A stretch of 64,000 nt of DNA from positions 1,948,917 through 2,012,916 of the forward strand of contig MU058418.1 in the NCBI GenBank assembly GCA_013265495.1, written 5' to 3'. This DNA comes from Vicugna vicugna. Taxonomy: Eukaryota. The stretch's first letter is position 1. Each line of letters starts with the position of its first letter. The position numbers and the translations under genes were made by a program. Positions 49,347 through 63,284 of the stretch are shown piece after piece. The notes under the pieces were generated by a model that did not search any database, was not told where the DNA came from, and saw only the letters and a program-made list of their open reading frames with translations.

Positions 49347-51119
49347 CTAGAAAAGACAATAAACAGTCTTTAATAATAATGAATAAATAATAAATAAGCA
49401 ATAAATGACCTATCATGAAAATATTTCTGTTTTCTTGATTGATTGAAACATGTAAAGCACAAACAGAACTCTTGGTAACAAGGATTCTCAATCCTCAATG
49501 TATTTATCAATACATTCCGAATTGTAAATATTCTATTTGTTTCATATTACTTTCTTTCAACTGGGCTGTTAAAAAAGATAAGCTGTTAAGTCTTATTAGA
49601 ATTATTTGAGCATTTACCTTTAGTTTATCATTATCATAGCTAAAAACAAGGTTGCTAAGAATATTAATAATGTAAAAAGAAGTACTTTAAATTAATAATG
49701 TAAAAGGAGGCACATTTGTTTTTTAGGAATAAAAGTCAGCAAACATTCTTGTGCTGCTGTTTTGACAGTAGTATTTTATTCAAGCTACCAATGTGATCAT
49801 TAAAAATGCCTCCTTTGAGAAACCTTTCATGGATAGATCCTTCCCCTCACAGCATCTTCTACAGACCTTTACTGGAGTCTTTAAAACACCGTATGTAATT
49901 GTTCACAGGCTGTATTCTATACGTGAAGGCAGGGACTTTGTCTCATTATAGTTTTACCCCCAGGCCTCCTGGAACATTGCCTGGCACATGTGTGGCCTTT
50001 AGTATTGATGATGAAAATAAATTAATTTATGCTTATTTTTAGTAGTCTGTAAATGAATTTTAATCTCAAACCTTATGTGGGTTGACCAAGATTTCATGGA
50101 AAGTGGTTTTTTTAGTGTAAGGTTAACAAGTAAAAAGAATTGTACAGTGGTTAATAGACTGCCATTTGGGGGAAAAAACCATTTCCAGCACTAAATAAGG
50201 TTTGCCTCCAAACTCAAAAACACAGAAGGAAAAGAAATTCAGTAAAAGTTTTCTTTCAATAACTTTATCAAATTCTGGGCGTAATTGAGAGATATGAATG
50301 TTAACTGTCAAGATTTTCTTAAACTGCAGTTGCTGACTATTCTGATTTTAAGTTTCAAAGCTAAACCAAGGAAGCAATTAGACCATACCTATGGTGGTTA
50401 CTTTTAGCTTGTTAAACTGCACACTGAATAAAGACTTCTGAAATCTTCTGAAATGCAAATAAAGCATTTTTGTGCAAATGTATCTTTATAATAACATTGA
50501 TACTCCATATTCATTTCAGTGGAATAGAGAAATAATCCATTCATTTCACATAAAATTGCATGGCATAGAAATGTGCCCAAAGTAAAGAATTCAGAGAGTT
50601 TTAACAAAATGGTATTTTTCATTGCCCTTATATATTATGATTAATTTTTCTTAAATTCTAGAGGTAATTGGAGAGAAAATTTTATAGAGTTGTAACATTT
50701 TTACTAAAAATTCTGATTATGGGAGAACTTTTAAAGCATTAAGGGTGAAATTTAACTTTGTTTGAAACAGAAATCAGAATTAACCTGCTGAAGAAAATCA
50801 GTTTCTGGATTTATTTAAAATAAAAATCATTCTGATGTTTATAATGAAAGCAACTACTACTTTCTCAAGTCTGGAGAAACTGCGTACCATTCTCTGGAAA
50901 GAGAATAATCAGACATTTTGGGACATTTCCATATAATTTTCTGAAGACAGTAATATCAAGTAGAAATCGGACTTGAATCCTTCAACATACGTTTTTTAAA
51001 CCTACTTGTCTAATTTTACCAGCATATTGATTGATTGATTTATCTTGTTAATTCTTTCTTTTTCATTTTTTTAATTGAAGTATAGTCAGTTTACAATGTT
51101 GTATCAATTTCTGGCATAT

Positions 51120-51262
51120 GGGGGAAGGGTATAGCTCAAGTAGTAGAGCACATGCTTAGCATGCACAAGGTCCTGGGTTCAAACCCCAGTACCTCCTCTA
51201 AACATAAATAAATAAATAAACCTAATTACCTGCCCCTCACCCCTGAAAAAAAGAAAAAAATT
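51120..51262 (+). mobile_element. vic-1-like SINE nested in an antisense L1 3'-end fragment (about 51060-51330)
   Basis: 13-bp TSD aatttctggcata (51106-51118) / aatttctggtata (51263-51275). Confidence 0.9.
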
Positions 51263-53400
51263 AATTTCTGGTATACAGCATAATGTTTTAGTCATCCATA
51301 TACATACGTATATTCCGTTTCATACCATTCTATAATTATTTTTAAATTGTACATATGCACTTTCGGTATTTAAGATAAATCTCACAATTTAGAAAAAATG
51401 AATAACCCTTAAATGATTACCCACATCATATTATCTTCAGTTCTTATTTCTAATTAAGAAAATACTTTGGTAAAACTTTAGTTGCATTATTGACTACTGA
51501 CAGTGCACTAGGCTTTCTGCTTTTTATTAATGTCCATTATCATTTAAAGACAAAGACATCTAGGAATGAGACAAATGGATTTTAAAGTGCTGTATCTATT
51601 TGTGAATTAGGGCACATGCTAATATTAAGAAACTAGTCTACTTAATGTAACAAGGATAATACAATATTTTAAAAATATATGCCTTTTTTCTTCTGCTTTT
51701 CATATCAATTAACTTTCCTCTAGTCAGCCCAAGCCATCTAGTCACCAATCCTTTGAGGGTGGGAAGGATTAGGCATCGTGTACAAGAAGTACACGGGAAA
51801 AAACGGTTGATATTCAACTTCTAACATTCAAAACAAGATTTTGGAAGACAATTTAAAAAGCTGTAATTCAAAAGAAAGCAAAACAGACTTTACTCAAATT
51901 TAAAAAATGATTAACCAATTTATAAAACAATCAGCTAATTAAATTACATATAATTTATTTCAATTTTTAAAAATTCAGTGTGTTATGCTTAATAGAAGTG
52001 ATTTTTGTGGTTGTAATTGTTTTTAACAAGCCCAAGGTTTTAATTCTGCATCTCGTGGAAATACAGTCCAATGAGAAAAATATGGAGGAGGGTCTGGCTG
52101 TCGATGTATTAAGATTCCACAGGTAGGGGTATGAAAGGAGGAGGGAAACCCATGCCGAAGAAGTTCTGAGTACTAGCCCTGCTCTCTCTCAGCCATTCAT
52201 CTTTCCTTCTGGAGCATCTCTCCTTTTCACTTGACAGGTTACTGAATTCCTAATTCTGCTCTGCCAGACAAACAGGAATCAGAGCTTCCCTAAACCCACT
52301 GGGCTCCCTGGGACCAGAGGAGCCAGGCCTCCAGGTGGAGACTAAATTTCCACAGTATCTAAGGATAGGGCAGAGGGGAGTGGACAAAGGCACAGGGGTG
52401 CCCAGAGGGGCAGGTAAGGAGATAAGCTAAGAGATCAATCTCCCACTGGACAGAAGGCCCAACTTCTGCCCAGAACTGCACCTCCAAGCAGGAGTTTGGG
52501 TGATCTGATAATGGCCCTGTGGAAAAGTGTGGATTTTCATCAGGGATTAAGGATGCCAGGAAAGTTGCCAAAACCGGCAGTGTCTTATTTTTAAGACCCA
52601 ACCCAAAAGCTGCCCTGAGCCCCCACCCCCAGCTCTCCCAGGCATTTGCCCTTTCATTCCCCACAGCACTGGGGTCTTCCCCATGCCAGCAGTTTATCTG
52701 CTCAAACATCTGCTCAAAAACACTAAAAACCTTGAAGCCACTGGATGCTTGGTCATAACTTTTGTTTCCTAAGGTTCTAGCACCTAAGAGTTTGATGTTA
52801 TTTGAATGAATAAATGAGTAGTGTCACTTGCACGGTTTTATTTGGTAAAGTTGTCTCCACATGAATTTAGAAGGAAAACTAGCTTTTCCTTTTCCTTTTC
52901 CTTTGGCCATCAAGTCAATATTATCTTTTAACTTTTTTTTATTGTATTAAAATATAGACACAAAAAGCCATGGGAGACTAATGTATAATAAGAATTACTG
53001 TTATGGTTATTATAGGGCAAACAACCTTTTAACTACCATCCAGGCCAAGAAAAAGAATTCTGCCAGCCTTCCCCAAAGTTCCTGGTATGTCCCTCTCGCA
53101 CTCCTCAAAAGTAACCATTCCCCTGAGTTTTACATAATCATGTACTTAATGTTTCCTTACAGGTTTACCATCAGAGTATGCCTCCCTACGTATTATTGAC
53201 TAGTCTTTCCCATTTTAAAAGGTTTTTATGCCTTATGAATCTTTTTTTACTCCACAGGTTCTTACTCTATCCCTTTCTTTTCTTTACACTTTATCTGTTA
53301 ATAAACAGCTGAGCTATTTAACCTCTAGAATTTCTCCCAGGCTGGAGCTGGCCGATTGCACACACCTGGGGTGGTTCAACACGTTTCTCTGTTCTCCGTC

Positions 53401-53977
53401 CTGTCAGTTCTGCTCTAATACTTGTGTTGTGTTGAAGATGCAAATGGTTTCACCTTGATTGATGTACTAGGGCACAGGCTGAGCATGGTGAATCTCCCCT
53501 CTGCTTAATGTGCAGTTCCCTCTGGGAGAAGCACCAGGTGAATATAGGGAACTGCCTCCCGCTGGACTGAGCCAGATGCACAGGAATACACGTCAGACAT
53601 CCACCAGCCACTCAGCCGCCACGCGTGAGCCATGTCCACCCACATCTGGAGTTACAGCTTGCCTCTCACTGCAGAGAACGCTCTTTCTGCCACTTCAAGA
53701 TCACTCACAAGCTGCAACTCTTCCCACGGCACCTCCACAAACGTCAGGGGGTTTTCAGGGTAAATTACCTTATTTATTATAGTCTTTATGTGTTTCTTGA
53801 CCATATAATATATGTAAAACCGTGTTATTATTTTTATTAGGTTACTGTCTAATTTTTAAATGTGTCACTGAAGAAGTTTTTTAACCTCATTTTTGCTGTT
53901 AAGTCCTGTGTTTTTTATTGCATAATTTTATGCATAGCACAAAGATCTTTAAGAACACATTATAGCAGAACTGGCTG
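53401..53977 (+). mobile_element. Apparently full-length MER82-like Tc1/mariner-Tigger element
   Basis: Terminal inverted repeats ctgtcagttctgctctaa / ttatagcagaactggctg, with TA at the right end; it interrupts an older antisense L1. Confidence 0.75.
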
Positions 53978-55671
53978 TATTTCTTGCAAAGTGGCAGCTG
54001 GGTCAAGAAGCTTCATCAGGCTCATGTTCTATATCCCTTTGGTAGTGTGTTGTCTCCACGGAAGGCCCACAGTGTCTGGGTATCTTTGTTTTTGTGAAGT
54101 TAGTAGATACCGATGTAACAAATGTCTAGATCCATCATTTCACTGAGGGCAGCAAAATGGTGATATTCTAATTCTATTTAGCCTCTTCATTATTAATTGG
54201 AATACTTTTATAATAAGATGTTTTTCCCTTATCTATGACTTGGTATAGTTCTATAGGAAAGGCAGGATAAATGCTTAATTCTTTCCCTATGTTTATCAGT
54301 TTTCAAGATAACAAATTCATCTCCTATCGTTCCTCTAAAGGTAAGCAATTAGGCTTTATTTTATAGTACAATATCATTATGAACTCATGGATTTAAAATA
54401 TTTGTTGGGTTTCAATCAGTTGTAGTTACTATGTTTGGCCAGTGAGAAACTCTTCAAATTGGCTCCTGAGCCCTCTGACATAACCCCAGTGAATCTTTAA
54501 TAGCGCTCTTGGCTGTCTGATGATAGCATGACTAAACACAAGGTTCCAGGCTCATTTTGTAATTTCCTGTCTCAGAAATGGGGTCCACCATTTGTCCCAG
54601 AGGCCCTGGTTTCTTGAAGTGAGAAATGGCATTTCAAAACAACAATCAAAATGCTAGGAGTGTATATCGCTATGGGGCTGTCGTCGTAGATGAATTCCAA
54701 GGGTAGAACTATAGATATAGATATAGATGTAGATATAGGTATGATATCTTTAAATTCAAAATGATATTTCCAATTCAAATTCAGGACTATGGAATATTTA
54801 GTCTCTGTCATTTTACATTTGTATGTCCTTTTTTCCACATTGAAGATCCTAATTCTCAAGGACACGGGATATGATAAAATTAGAATATCCCACAATTACT
54901 TGCTTTTTCCTCTATTATATATATACAACAATCTGAGAATAAATAACACCATCCCCAGTATAATTACTGAAAATAGTGGAACATTTTGTGTATATTCTCT
55001 CCATTTCCTTCATTTTCAAATTGTTAGACTAAGCATATAGTATTTATATATCATACTGTCACCCTTTTAATCCTCATTCAATTTTAGTTTTATAAGAAAC
55101 TGTATGATTAATGCTCTTCTATCCCTCTGGTAACCTGTTTGTGTGAAACTCATTCTACAGTCATTGATTCCTCAGGAAGGACTCGGCATGTAATAATGGC
55201 ATCATTATTCCCTGAAGTTTCCTGTGTTGATAACTCTGTGTGCCCTTTATAATTCAGATTCAGTTTGACTGGATATAAAGTCCCCAGCTCACATTTCATT
55301 TCCTTGAGCATCATAAATATATTATTTTGTGTTTTCTTCTGGCATAAGAATATGATGATAATGCACTTTTCTTTCCCTTATAAATCACTTCCTGTTTTTG
55401 CCTAGCTGCCCAAAGAATTTTTTTCTTCTTCTTTAATATCTAATAACATTACTAAAATATGTCTGGTGTTGGTTGTTCTGGTTCAATATTGTCAGGTAGA
55501 AGTTTGCTTTTTCAATAACTCGTTTCAAGTTTCTAGACATTTTTACTTGAGGTATAAACATACAATAAAATGTATAGATCTTAGATGTTCGGTTTGATGC
55601 ATTTTGACAGTTGCATATAGTTGTGTAACCACCACCCAAAACAAAATACAGGACATCAAATCCTTAAAAAA

Positions 55672-56900
55672 ATTTTTAATTGAAGTATAGTTGATTTACA
55701 GTGTTGTGATAGTTACTTGTGTTCAGGAAAGTGATTCATATATATATAAAACATAAAAATTTATATATATATTAAAAACATAAAAATATTCTTTTTTGGA
55801 TTCTTTCCCATTATAGTTTACTATGAAATATTGAATACAGTTTACTGTGCTATATAGTAGGATCTTGTTGTTTATCTATTTTGTATATAGTAGTATGTAT
55901 CTGCTAATCCCAAAATCCAAATTTACCCCTCCTCCCTGCTTTCCCCTTTGGTAACCATAAATTTGTGGTGTGGTCTATATCTGTGAGTCAGTTTCTGTTT
56001 TGTAAATAAGTTCATTTATGTCCTTTTTTTAGATTCCACATATAAGTGATATAATATGGTATTTTTCTTTCTCTTTCTGACTTACCTTCACTTAGAATGA
56101 CAATCTCCTGGTCCATCCATCTTGCTGCAAATGGCATTATTTTATTCTTTTTATGGCTGAGTAGTATTCCATTGTATATATACCATATCTTCCTTACCTA
56201 GTTGGCCATCGATGGACATTTGCTTTGTTTGCATGCCTTGGCTATTGTCTTAAATAGTGCCGCTGTGAACACTGGGGTGCATGTGTCTTTTTGAATTATA
56301 TTTTCTTCCTGATATATGCTCAGGAGTGGGGTTGCTTGATCAGTTTGTTGACTTTTTAAAGATGGCCATTCTGACTGGTGTGAGGGGATACCTCATTGTA
56401 CTTTTGATTTGCATTTCTCTAATAATCAGTGATGCTGAGCATCTTTTCATGTGCCTGTTAGTCATCTGTATGTTTTTGTTGTTGTTAAAATGTTTATTCA
56501 GGTCTTCTGGCCATTTTTTGATTGGGTTTTTGTTTTTTGATATCGCATTGTATGAACTGTTTGCAATTTCTGGAAATTAATCCCTTGTTGATTGCATCAT
56601 TTGCAAATATTTTCTCCTGGTCTGTAGGTTGTCTTTTCTTTTTGTTTATGGTTTCCTTTGCTGTGTAAACCTTGTAAGTCTGAATAGGTCTCATTTGTTT
56701 TTGCCTTTATTTCTTTTGCCTTGGGAGACGAACCTAAGAAAACACTGCTACAATTTATGTCAGATAATGTTTAACCTATATTCTCTTCTAGGAGTTTTAC
56801 GGTGTCGTGTCTAATATTTAAGTCTTTAAGCCATTTTGAGTTTATTTTTGTGTATGTGTGAGGGAGTGTCTGAACACCATTGACTTACATGCAGCTGTCC
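55672..56900 (-). mobile_element. 5'-truncated LINE-1 nested in older L1 sequence (about 52930-57960)
   Basis: Colinear with the 11088-12250 copy; ORF 56494..56694 contains TAKETINKKKRQPTDQEKIFAN (L1 ORF2). Confidence 0.88.
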
Positions 56901-58116
56901 CCCTTTAAATCCTTTTCTACTTCAGGAAAATTTTCTTCAATTTTGATTCTTAGTATTTGTTCCATTCCTTTGCATTGGTTTAATTCCTTAAGAATACTAA
57001 TCATCTGTATGCTGGATCTTCTCTTTCTGTATTTAGTATTTATCACTTTCTTGTAAATCCTTTTTATCTTTCTTCATCACTTTTTGGTTTTAAAAATTTT
57101 CCTCCTTCTACCTTCTATTTCTTTTAATACACATGTCTGCTGTTTTATTTGTGTCCCTTCTAATTTGTTCATTTCTGAAGTTTTCTTTTATTGTTCATTC
57201 TTTCCTCAGTCCTATAACCTCATGTCTAAATTTCTCTAATTTTGACTTATGAGTTCTTTCCTGTCTTATATCATTTTCTTCATGCCTTTTAGCTCGTTTT
57301 GAAATTGTTAGTTTTGATCTGTCCTGTGAACTGTCTTTCTAGTATATTTTCATTATCTAGAGCGATGTTACTATGCTCCTTTTTTAGTAATAACCATGAG
57401 ACTTTCTACTTTTTATGCAATTTTATTTATTTTTATGTAAAATTAGTCTCCCTAAATGTTTAGGAGGAGGTGTGGCTTTAGAAGGAAGGTAGTTATTCTA
57501 ACTTCACAAAGCTCCCTCTTGTGCTATTTCACGCGTCATTCAGCTACATGGCAGATTGCTTTCTGAGCTTTTCTGGCTCTGTTCCCACTCTCTCTTTATC
57601 ACTGTTGTCCCAATACTCTGTGTAAGTTTGATTCCATTCCCAGCAATTCTTCCTTAGTGTAGTCCTATCCTGGACGAGAGGCCTTTCAGAGTTCACAGAG
57701 GTTAGGCTGCTCCAGCCTCCTCAAGCCTCATGAGGGCCCAATACAGTCCCCTGCTAGTGGCTGTTTTGGGGTTCTGTATTCTCAGGTCTATCAGATGCTC
57801 TGCTCTCTCCCACACAGATGCTGATACCATGTGGACTGTGGCTGTTGGTAGTCTGGCCTCACCTGTTTGTCTTTTGGAATTAGTGTAGATACCTTGTCAC
57901 CTAGTTTTGGTGTAAATGTTACCCATGGGTTTTTAATTTTTCCTATCTAATTTTTTGGCCTGTTTGTATGTTGGGATTTCAAAATTTTTTTTAACTATGC
58001 CACCACCACTACCCTTTTCCCAGGATCCTGAACAGCAGTCTTAGTAGGATGATTATCAAGGTACCAATTCTAAGTATAAGCCTGGCAAATTAAAAGCCTT
58101 AAAAATATAAATTCCC

Positions 58117-58605
58117 ATTACTCAACCATAAAAAAGAATGAAATAAAGCCATTCGCAGCAATATGGATAGGCCTAGAGATTATCATATTAAGTAAAGTAG
58201 ACAGAGAAAGACAAATATCATATGATATCACTTATATGTGGAATCTAAAAATAAAAGGATACAGATTTTATTTACAAACCAGAAATAGACTCATGGACAT
58301 AGAAAACAAACTATGGTTACCAAAGGGGAAGGTGGCGGGAGGGATAAATTAGGATTAATTTGGGATTAACAGATACACATTACTATATATAAAATAGATA
58401 ACAAGGACCTACTGTATAGCACAGGGAACTATATTCAATTTCTTGTAATAAGCTATAATGGAAAATAATCTGAAAAAAATACGTGTGTGTGTGTGTGTGT
58501 GTATACACACACACACACACACACACACAACTGAATCACTTTCTGTATACCTGAAACTAACATTGTAAATCAACTACACATCAATAAAAAATAAAATTAA
58601 AAATA
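58117..58605 (+). mobile_element. L1 3'-end insertion containing a (GT)n/(AC)n microsatellite
   Basis: L1 3'UTR motifs; flanked by an atataa(a)attccc duplication near 58104 and 58609. Confidence 0.85.
58483..58528. repeat. (GT)10-AT-(AC)12 palindromic microsatellite
   Basis: Read directly from the sequence. Confidence 0.95.
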
Positions 58606-58882
58606 TATATATAAATTCCCTTCCACCCCTGCAATCCTAATTCTAAGAACTTATCCTAAAGAAATAACATAATTAGGCAAGTGAAAAATTATATGTACAA
58701 AGCTATTCTGAACTGGGCTGGGGTGTCTTCCCCTCTACCCCACTTTTGACTCCTACTTTTAGTGTGTGTACTTGTAGTATGTTACCCCCAACACTATCTT
58801 ATTTGGGGTTGTGAAATTGTCCAGTCCTGTTAAATTTGAATAATCAATTAGAACACAACTGACGAAATTTAAAGATACATAC

Positions 58883-58939
58883 CTTCAAATGTTGGTCCAT
58901 AAATTGACTCTCCACCATTTCCTTTTCCAGCAACTATAT
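58883..58939 (-). CDS. PPIL6: PPIL6 exon, DIVAGKGNGGESIYGPTFE
   Basis: ttctcag| acceptor, |gtatg donor; 57 nt, phase 1-1; GGxSIYG motif. Confidence 0.93.
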
Positions 58940-60309
58940 CTGAGAAACAGCAATAAATAAACATTAGAATTCTGATACTAAAATAGAAAATACAGTAATG
59001 GCAGGGAAACAATGCTTTAACTTATGATTCCACTTACACCAATGACTACAGTAAGTTACCTAATTTTTCAATATCTGCACCATGAAAATATTTCTATAAT
59101 GATTTCACTTGTACTTTGTAAGTCCTTTTATATTCATGATCCCATTTGTTTCTCTCATAACTCTGAAGTAGGTTAAATTATAATGCAAAACCTTTGAAAT
59201 GATGAAGTATTGTAATTGTGCTCACTATTTAAAGAAAATGTGTTCATATAAATTCTGCTTATTTCACAAGCTATTCTATAGCCTATCTTGCTTTTCAGAA
59301 AAATAGAAAGGTTAAGCTGAGAGGATGGAATAGGAACGGTAAGGTCTTTTTAACACAAAAATAAAAATAGATGCTCTAAAAAGAATTAACGTTCAAAATT
59401 TCATTCCTTGGAACCCTATAGTGATAACTCATTTATATATCTGGTATTTTGGAAATGAAGTTCCTTTGTAATGTAATGTGGTTTTAAAAAAATTGTATTT
59501 ATATGACCTATTTCACATTATGTGCATCATATGCTTATTTTGGCTTAGGTAATGATCCTACCATAAAAACCCTCCATGCACAAGTTATTTTTTAATCTAT
59601 CCACAACTAAAAGGGAAGCAAAGCTAACTCTAGTGAAACTACAGTTCTCTGAGGTCTGTGTTCTTGCCATCACCTCTTTTACTTCCTTCAGCTCTCTCGT
59701 CTGCCCTCCTTGAATAGTGTGCAATAAATGTCTGTTGAAGGATTGTGCCATTTTAACTCAACATGAGCTCTTTATCTATAATAAAAGCGTCTATGATATT
59801 TTAAAGAAATTTGATGCAACAGCAAGCATGTGGAGAGAATTTTTGCAGGACAAGGCATGTAACATTTAAATCATACTTCATAAAGCTGGTTCAGAAGTTA
59901 ATTGATAAATCTATGTCTCCAACCTACTCCACCTGATACTCCCCCATGATTCACCCCACAGCCCACAGTTGTTCTCCAGAGCCTGCTGCAATAGCCAGAG
60001 GCCAAACCCGAGGATGGGGAAGTTGAAGGAGCTCTAGCACCAATTCCTTCAGGTCCTAGAATTTGCTTTGCTCGGAAGAATCTGCCCAGATGATTTCCCC
60101 ACCCCTGCTAACTTACATACACACCAGTGACACTCCCTTGCCCTATCTCTCCAATACGTGCCATTACTCCTGTCCTTTGCTTCAGATCTCCCAGGTGAAT
60201 ATTTTATATTGATACCATTTCAATCAGTATTTAATATTTTTGTGGCAGTAACCCCCCTTGAATTCAGCTTTGGATATCTGATATTATGTCTGGACTTCCG
60301 GCAACAAAT

Positions 60310-61640
60310 TTAGTAATGCAGAATAGTGGTTAAAAGTAAACTTTAAAGTCAGATGATTTTGATTTAAATCTTGATGTTGATTACCTTTTCCAAGACTGTT
60401 TCCTCATCTGCATAGACAAGGATAACGAGCAGTGCCTCCCAGGTAGTTCTGAGATTAAGTGATTAAATGCAGTCGTGTAGGGAGACCACATGGTGTGGTG
60501 CCTGGCAGAGGGTCATGCTCTTTCATTAGGGGCCATTATTATTGTGCAGCATCACACATTTGGAATGCATTCTGTCATTATCATCATCTTCAGCATCATT
60601 ATGATGATGGTGATGATGATAAAGTGTATTAAACTATATCTCAAGAGATCCTCCTGAAGGTAGTAGGCCTTGCAGAAGCCACACAGATAGAATCCTACCA
60701 AAGAGCCTTAACAACTTAGTATCTTCTTTAACTTCTTACTTTCGAAATGAATAGAATGTATGTTTCCTGTTTAACTATCTGTTCATTCATTCATTCTTTC
60801 AACAAATATTTTTTGAAGCATCTACTATATGTCAGGCACTGTTCTCCAACCTGAGGATTCAACAGTGAACAAAATAGATAAAAATCTCTGTCCTCATGGA
60901 ACTTATATTCTAGTGAAAAGAAACTGACAATAAATCAATTAACAAAGACATATTAACTGTTGTCCAGTGGTGAAAAGTGCTAGGAAGGAAAATAAAGCCG
61001 GGTAAGGGGATAGGAGAGCAGCAGGGAGGGGATGAGGAGAGGTATATGAAGAGAAAGGTGGCAGTTTTAAAGAGGGTGGTCAGGTAAGTGCCAGCTGAGA
61101 TAAACTCTTAGTAAAAATCAGAAACAGATTAGGGGGTGAAGCAGAGGGATATTCCAGATTATAGGAATATAGGAGGAATAGGAAGGTGGAGATCTCTCAG
61201 GCAAAAGACCTCAAGGCACATAATATGTTTGATGTGTTTAGGGAACAACTAGGAGGCCAGGGTGTGGAGCAGAGTGAGTGAGGGGGAGAGGGCAGAAGGT
61301 GAGATGGGGTCGGGGGAAGAATGAAGACTGTGTAGGGCCTATTGGTCCCAAAGGGTGAGCAATCCTGGAAGCATCCTAAGGCACAGCACAAACCCACAGT
61401 TAGCTCCTGTACTCCCAAATTCTACCCACAGCCTAGTAGGAATCTTGACATTTGAAGGAGAAGAATGCTTACAGAGCTTGGCACTTTCAGTACACCATGG
61501 TGTTGAATCCTCACCACATTCTGTGATAATTATAATTATCCCCATTTTATGATTAAGACACTGATTCAGAGATGACAAGTGCCTTATCCAACATGGTACA
61601 ACTTGTATGTATCAGTTTGGATTTGAATCTAGTAACCAGA
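60310..61640. mobile_element. MIR and L2 fragments
   Basis: tttcctcatctg MIR core; cattcattcattctttcaacaaatattt...tatgtcaggcactgttct L2 end; attatccccattttat MIR core. Confidence 0.6.
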
Positions 61641-62741
61641 ATTTTTCCCCCAAACTGTCCTTAAACATCAATGCCTCCCAATCTAAAAACGTGATCTGAG
61701 ATATGTGCACTTACTATTTGGAAAGTTTACTTCAAATAAGTAGACAGATAACATGACCTACTTTTCCCAAATCTTGCTCTGGGGCTTACAGGGGAGGGCC
61801 AGGCAAAAACCAAACACTGGGAGCCCAACACATAAAAGTCAGTGTTGAGCTAAGTATCAGGAGACCCTGATGTGGGCCCTCTTGAGGACTGTTTTATATT
61901 AACAAAAAATAGATAAAGGCTCACCAATGGGGAATTCATTAAACTGGCATAGCGGTATGATGAAAAGTTAGGCAGACACTAAAAATTTTATGTGTTTATG
62001 TGTATTGACATTGACTATGAATACCATATATAGTAAGTGAAAAAATAATGAGATTAGAAAAAAGTATTTGTAATATGATCTCATTTTGGAGAAACAGGAA
62101 AAAACAACTGATTTACATATAAGATAGTTGAATTAAATCTACATTTTTCTCATCAGCCTTAGAATGTTCCAGATTGTAGAAAAATAAAGAAACATTATTA
62201 ATGTAAGCCTCTGCATATTTCACCAAATTCAAGTAAATCTCCTTCCACACTAAGCCTGTTATTTTTAAATTGTTGCCTGATTGCTCCCTATGGGATATCT
62301 CCTAAAAGGCCTCCAAAACTTAATTTTTGTTAATCAGGCATCTAGTCTATGTAACTCCAAAGGACTGACCTGAAAAGAAAGCAAAGATGGAGACCAAAAT
62401 GCTTTACATCTTACTTTTCAGTTGTAACAATGTAACATCTTTGGTGAGAAATAAACTGATTTTCGTTTATTCCATTTTCAAATTCCCACCTGTAGTCTGT
62501 TTCTGAAGAGCACTGTATTTTCTATGTACTATTTCTTTAGGTGAGAATTTGCAATCATCTTTTAATTAAAAAAATGTTTTCCTTCTTTTTTATATCACTT
62601 TTTAATCTGGAATATTCCTGGTGACACACTTTAGATTTGTTTATCTTAATGGGGAATTTTTTAAAGTATGAATGTCTTAATTCATCATGTGGCCTTTAAA
62701 TAAACATATATAACATATAACATTAAATATACCTAATTCTA

Positions 62742-62917
62742 AGGGGGACAGTATAGCTCAAGTGGTAGAGCACATGCTTAGCATGTATGAGGTCATGGGT
62801 TCAATTCCCAGTACCTCCTCTAAAAATAAAGAAAGAAATAAACCTAATTACCTCTCCCCACAAAACAAACAAACAAACAGAATAAACCCAAAGAAATTTA
62901 AAAATATATATATTTAC
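62742..62917 (+). mobile_element. vic-1-like SINE with a perfect 15-bp TSD
   Basis: atatacctaattcta at 62727-62741 and 62918-62932. Confidence 0.92.
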
Positions 62918-63019
62918 ATATACCTAATTCTAGATGAATTTTACAAAGGCAGATAAACAAAATTTTGGACATTCTGATTTAATGTTACACTTAAGTTCTA
63001 TTTAAGGTTTTAAACTCAC

Positions 63020-63167
63020 CTCCTCCTTGTACCCAACCATTCCGCACTACTCGATGAAAAATTGAACCTGTGTAATGTAGCCTGATGCCACTTTGGGAGA
63101 ACCCTGCTTTTCCTGTGCACAAGACCTGAAAATTTTTACATGTTTTGGGACATGTATCACAGTATAG
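63020..63167 (-). CDS. PPIL6: PPIL6 exon, LYCDTCPKTCKNFQVLCTGKAGFSQSGIRLHYTGSIFHRVVRNGWVQGG
   Basis: tag| acceptor, |gtgag donor; 148 nt, phase 0-1; PKTxxNF, LCTG, FHR and QGG cyclophilin motifs. Confidence 0.95.
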
Positions 63168-63284
63168 CTACAAAATAAAGATAGAAGGTTTAAAAGATTA
63201 AACATTTAACATTTTGACAGTTAGAGATTCTTACTCCCCCCAGCTTGTTTAAAAAAAAAAAACCACCCACCCAAAACCTCTTAC

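Noticed and set aside
51120..51198. tRNA-Ala(AGC)-like sequences here and near 590, 41530, 41650, 43690 and 62745
   Set aside because: They share a non-tRNA tail or poly(A), several have TSDs, and stems are mismatched; these are SINE heads, not tRNA genes.
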